From the NCBI GenBank assembly GCA_900549865.1, contig URPU01000001.1, positions 1-59,106 on the forward strand: 59,106 bases of DNA. Reading direction: 5' to 3'. The notes beneath the pieces were generated by a model that was given only the letters and a program-made list of their open reading frames with translations, had not been told where the DNA came from and did no database searches. Every line of letters starts with the position of its first letter. The first letter of the stretch is position 1. The position numbers and the translations under genes are program-made. The stretch is from an uncultured Eubacteriales bacterium (GTDB taxonomy: Bacteria > Bacillota > Clostridia > Oscillospirales > Oscillospiraceae). Below, piece by piece: positions 56,251 to 59,106 of this stretch.

Positions 56251-57504
56251 TTACTCGCCCAACATGGCACTGGCCGCCATCATAATTCCGAGCTTGCCCG
56301 ACTCGAACGTGAGCCCGCCCTGCATGTATGCGATATACGGCTCACGCATGGGGCCGTCCGCCGAAAGCTCAATGGACGCGCCCTGCACGAACGCGCCTGC
56401 CGCCATTATCACCGGGCAGTTATAGCCGGGCATCGGCCACGGCTCCGGCGTGACATAGGAATCGACGGGTGCACCGGCCTGTATTCCAAGGCAGAAGCGC
56501 TTCATCGCGTCGGCGCTGCCAAGCTTCACCATCTGAATGATGTCGGAACGCTTCTCATCTATCGCGGGAGAACTGGGCACGCCAAGCTCATCCATCATCG
56601 CCGCACAGAACACAGCCGTCTTAAGGGCCTGCGCCACCGTATGCGGGGCCATGAACAGCCCCTGATACAAAAGCCTGTTGTTGCCGAGGGTCGAGCCGCA
56701 CTCCCCGCCGATGCCCGGCGTTGTCAGGCGCATTGCGGCACGCTCCACAAGCTCTTTTTTCCCGGCGACGTAGCCGCCCGTCGGCGCAATTCCGCCGCCG
56801 GGGTTCTTTATAAGCGAACCGGCAATGATGTCCGCGCCAACATGCGTCGGCTCCAGCACGTCGGTAAACTCGCCGTAGCAGTTATCGACCATTATATGCG
56901 CCGCGGGATTCACGCGCCGCACAACGGCGCATATCTCCCGTATCTCGTCGATAGTCAGCGCTTTGCGCTCCGCATAGCCGCGGGAGCGCTGTATCATAAC
57001 AGCGGTAACGTGGCTGTCCGCCGCGGCGGCCGCAATGCCGTCATAGTCGGGCGCGCCGGAGGCCGTCATATCCACCTGCCGGTAATCAATGCCGTAGAAC
57101 TTCAAAGAGCCGTGGCACTCCCCTTCTATCCCTATGGCACTGCGCAGCGTGTCATAGGGCATACCGGTCGCGGCAAGGATAACATCGCCCGGCTTCGCAA
57201 GCGCGAACATCGCGGCCGTGAGCGCGTGCGTGCCGTTGACAAAGCCGATGCGCACAAGCGCGGCCTCCGTGCCGAAGATCTGCGCGTATATCTTATCCAG
57301 CGTGTCGCGCCCAAGATCGTCATAGCCGTAGCCCGTCGTGCCGGCAAAGCAGCTGTCGGACACGCGGTTATCCTGAAACGCCTCCATCACGCGGCGCGTG
57401 TTCGCCTCAGCCACAGCGTCTATTTTTTCAAACTGGGGCTTCACTCTCGCCATCGCCCTTTCGGCCATGGAATATACTTCTGGTTTTATGTCGGAAATTC
57501 GCAT
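56251..57504 (-). CDS. Methionine gamma-lyase-family PLP protein (YnbB / aluminium-resistance-protein family)
   Basis: FQDNRVSDSCFAGTTGYGYDDLGRDTLDKIYAQIFGTEAALVR, whole-length family pattern. Confidence 0.8.
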   Translation of the reverse strand: MRISDIKPEVYSMAERAMARVKPQFEKIDAVAEANTRRVMEAFQDNRVSDSCFAGTTGYGYDDLGRDTLDKIYAQIFGTEAALVRIGFVNGTHALTAAMFALAKPGDVILAATGMPYDTLRSAIGIEGECHGSLKFYGIDYRQVDMTASGAPDYDGIAAAAADSHVTAVMIQRSRGYAERKALTIDEIREICAVVRRVNPAAHIMVDNCYGEFTDVLEPTHVGADIIAGSLIKNPGGGIAPTGGYVAGKKELVERAAMRLTTPGIGGECGSTLGNNRLLYQGLFMAPHTVAQALKTAVFCAAMMDELGVPSSPAIDEKRSDIIQMVKLGSADAMKRFCLGIQAGAPVDSYVTPEPWPMPGYNCPVIMAAGAFVQGASIELSADGPMREPYIAYMQGGLTFESGKLGIMMAASAMLGE

Positions 57505-58887
57505 TTATTCAAGCTCCATAACTATTTTTTTGAAGAATTTGCCGCGCTCGGTGAAATTCTTGAACCGGTCAAACGCGGCGCAGGCGGGAGAAAGAAGGAC
57601 GATATCTCCTTCCTCCGCGTGGGCGGCCGCCGTGCGCACGGCGGCTTCAAAATCATCGACCCGGCAGAGCTTCAGCCCGCTGCCGTCGAAATACTCTGAG
57701 CTTCTGATGGCCGTCTCTATTTTTTCAGCCGTCGCGCCGGTAAGGACGACCTCCTTCGCCAGACGGCAGAGGTCGTCGCCGAGGCCGTCAAACGGGATGT
57801 GCTTATCATAGCCGCCGGCAATGACGATGGGCTTCACCCGCATCGCGTACAGCCCCGCCGATGTGCGCGTGGGGCTTGTGCCGATGGAGTCGTTTATGTA
57901 GGTCACGCCGTGCAGCACGCGCACCTGCTCCAGCCGGTGCTCCACCCCGGCGAAGCTCATGGCAACGTCGCGGCAGTCCTCCCGGCTGACAAGGCCATCG
58001 ACCGCGGCAAAGGCCGCAAGATAGTTCAGCACGTTATGCTCGCCGGGCAGCTTTATTTCGTCTGCGTGCATGATGGTCGCGCGCACGCCGCCGTGGACGA
58101 GGCACAGCTCCCCGCCGTCGAGCACGGTTCCGTTTTCAACGCCGCCCTTATCGGAAAAATAGCTTATCGGCGCCTTGGCGTACTGCGCATAATACGGCGT
58201 GTGTCCGTCGTCGAGGTTCAGCACTAGCCGGTCTGACGCGTCCTGCGCGATAAATATGGCGCGCTTTGCGTCTATATAATCCTGATAGTCCTTGTGCTTG
58301 TCGAGATGGTTCGGGGAAATATTCGTGATAACGGCGACGTTCGGCTTGCACTTCATGGAATGAAGCTGGAAGGAGCTCAGCTCCAGCACGGCGAAGTCGT
58401 CCTTTCCTATCTCCGGTATCTCGCACAGCAGCGGATGGCCGATATTTCCGCCCAGATGCACAGTGTATCCCGCACGTTTAAGCAGCTCAGATATAATGGT
58501 GCTGGTCGTGGTCTTGCCGTCGCTTCCGGTTATGGCAATCGTCCGGCACGGGCACAGCTCAAAAAACGCCTCCATCTCAGAGGTGATAATGCTTCCGTGC
58601 GCCCTTGCGGCCTCAAGGTGCTCATCAAAGGGCATAAGACCCGGCGTGCGGAATATCACGTCATGGTCAAGCCCGTCAAGGTAACTCTCCCCAAGGCGGA
58701 GCTTTGCCCCCATGTTGATAAGCTCAAGCCCCTCCATGCCCATTTCGGCAAGACTGCGTTTATCGCACGCCGTCACATCACAGCCGCAGCTGAGCAGCAG
58801 ACGGATAAGCGGCGTGTTGCTGACGCCGATGCCTATGACGGCAATGCGCTTCCCTTTCAGTGTATTTACGTAATCGTTCAGTGTCAT
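57505..58887 (-). CDS. murD: UDP-N-acetylmuramoylalanine--D-glutamate ligase
   Basis: KRIAVIGIGVSN, ITGSDGKTTT, NISPNHLD, DSIGTSP. The ORF-track start at 59058 runs into the rnpB promoter; the ATG at 58887 is preferred. Confidence 0.9.
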   Translation of the reverse strand: MTLNDYVNTLKGKRIAVIGIGVSNTPLIRLLLSCGCDVTACDKRSLAEMGMEGLELINMGAKLRLGESYLDGLDHDVIFRTPGLMPFDEHLEAARAHGSIITSEMEAFFELCPCRTIAITGSDGKTTTSTIISELLKRAGYTVHLGGNIGHPLLCEIPEIGKDDFAVLELSSFQLHSMKCKPNVAVITNISPNHLDKHKDYQDYIDAKRAIFIAQDASDRLVLNLDDGHTPYYAQYAKAPISYFSDKGGVENGTVLDGGELCLVHGGVRATIMHADEIKLPGEHNVLNYLAAFAAVDGLVSREDCRDVAMSFAGVEHRLEQVRVLHGVTYINDSIGTSPTRTSAGLYAMRVKPIVIAGGYDKHIPFDGLGDDLCRLAKEVVLTGATAEKIETAIRSSEYFDGSGLKLCRVDDFEAAVRTAAAHAEEGDIVLLSPACAAFDRFKNFTERGKFFKKIVMELE

Positions 58888-58949
58888 ATCAATCGCCTCA
58901 CAATCTATATGATTATACGTCTTTTCTCCGCCGTTTACAAGAATTATTA

Positions 58950-58978
58950 TTGACTTGCCGCGTGAAAGTGGGTAAAAT
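58950..58978 (+). promoter_or_regulatory. Sigma-A-type promoter for rnpB
   Basis: TTGACT-17 nt-TAAAAT. Confidence 0.55.
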
Positions 58979-58983
58979 AGCAG

Positions 58984-59106
58984 CGTTGAGCAGGCCGAAC
59001 GACCGCGGGCACAAGGCGAAAGCCTGTGCGTGAGGAAAGTCCGGGCTCCACAGGGCAAGGATAACGGGTAACGCCCGCCAGGGGTGACCCTCGGACAAGT
59101 GCAACA
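58984..59106 (+). ncRNA. rnpB: RNase P RNA (bacterial type A), 5' portion; continues beyond the window
   Basis: Universal core GAGGAAAGUCCGGGCUCCACAGGGCA, then GGGUAACGCCC and GUGCAACA, almost identical to the conserved P4/P5-P7 region of type A RNase P RNAs. Confidence 0.9.

Overview
This is a high-GC (roughly 58-60% by eye) chromosomal segment from a spore-forming Firmicutes/Clostridia organism. Gene content looks Oscillospiraceae/Ruminococcaceae-like, but that placement is inference only. All family calls come from motifs I recognise in the translated ORFs; no database search was run. Most of the window is conserved core: cdaA-cdaR, the yicC-remA-gmk-rpoZ-priA-def-fmt-rsmB-rlmN-stp-prkC-rsgA block, yebC, ruvCAB, trmK-nif3, radA, fba/pfp, a liv-type branched-chain amino-acid ABC operon, glnN (type III), ligA, murD and the 5' part of RNase P RNA. 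Sporulation genes are interspersed: a SipL-like DUF3794/LysM protein, spoIVA, cwlD, cotJ and yunB. No rRNA, tRNA, CRISPR array, transposase or prophage block is visible. The least explained loci are listed below. (1) An orphan, translationally coupled CbbQ/NorQ-type MoxR AAA+ ATPase plus NorD/CbbO-type vWA protein (38.1-40.8 kb). It has a near-consensus promoter carrying direct repeats and a divergently transcribed papain-fold gene, with no recognisable client enzyme nearby. (2) An intact 549-aa P1B-type ATPase relative (28.3-30.0 kb) that has lost the actuator domain and every catalytic signature. It sits between fba and a near-leaderless tyrosine recombinase. (3) A divergent CofE-like gene directly upstream of glnN. 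(4) A Trp-specific T-box leader controlling a COG2984-type ABC transporter. (5) A roughly 355-nt leader or candidate structured RNA upstream of a small zinc-ribbon gene. (6) A terminator hairpin that encloses a sigma-E-like promoter and the spoIVA ribosome-binding site. None of these can be claimed as a new system from sequence alone. The MoxR-vWA/papain-fold locus and the pseudo-P-type ATPase are the best candidates for follow-up.
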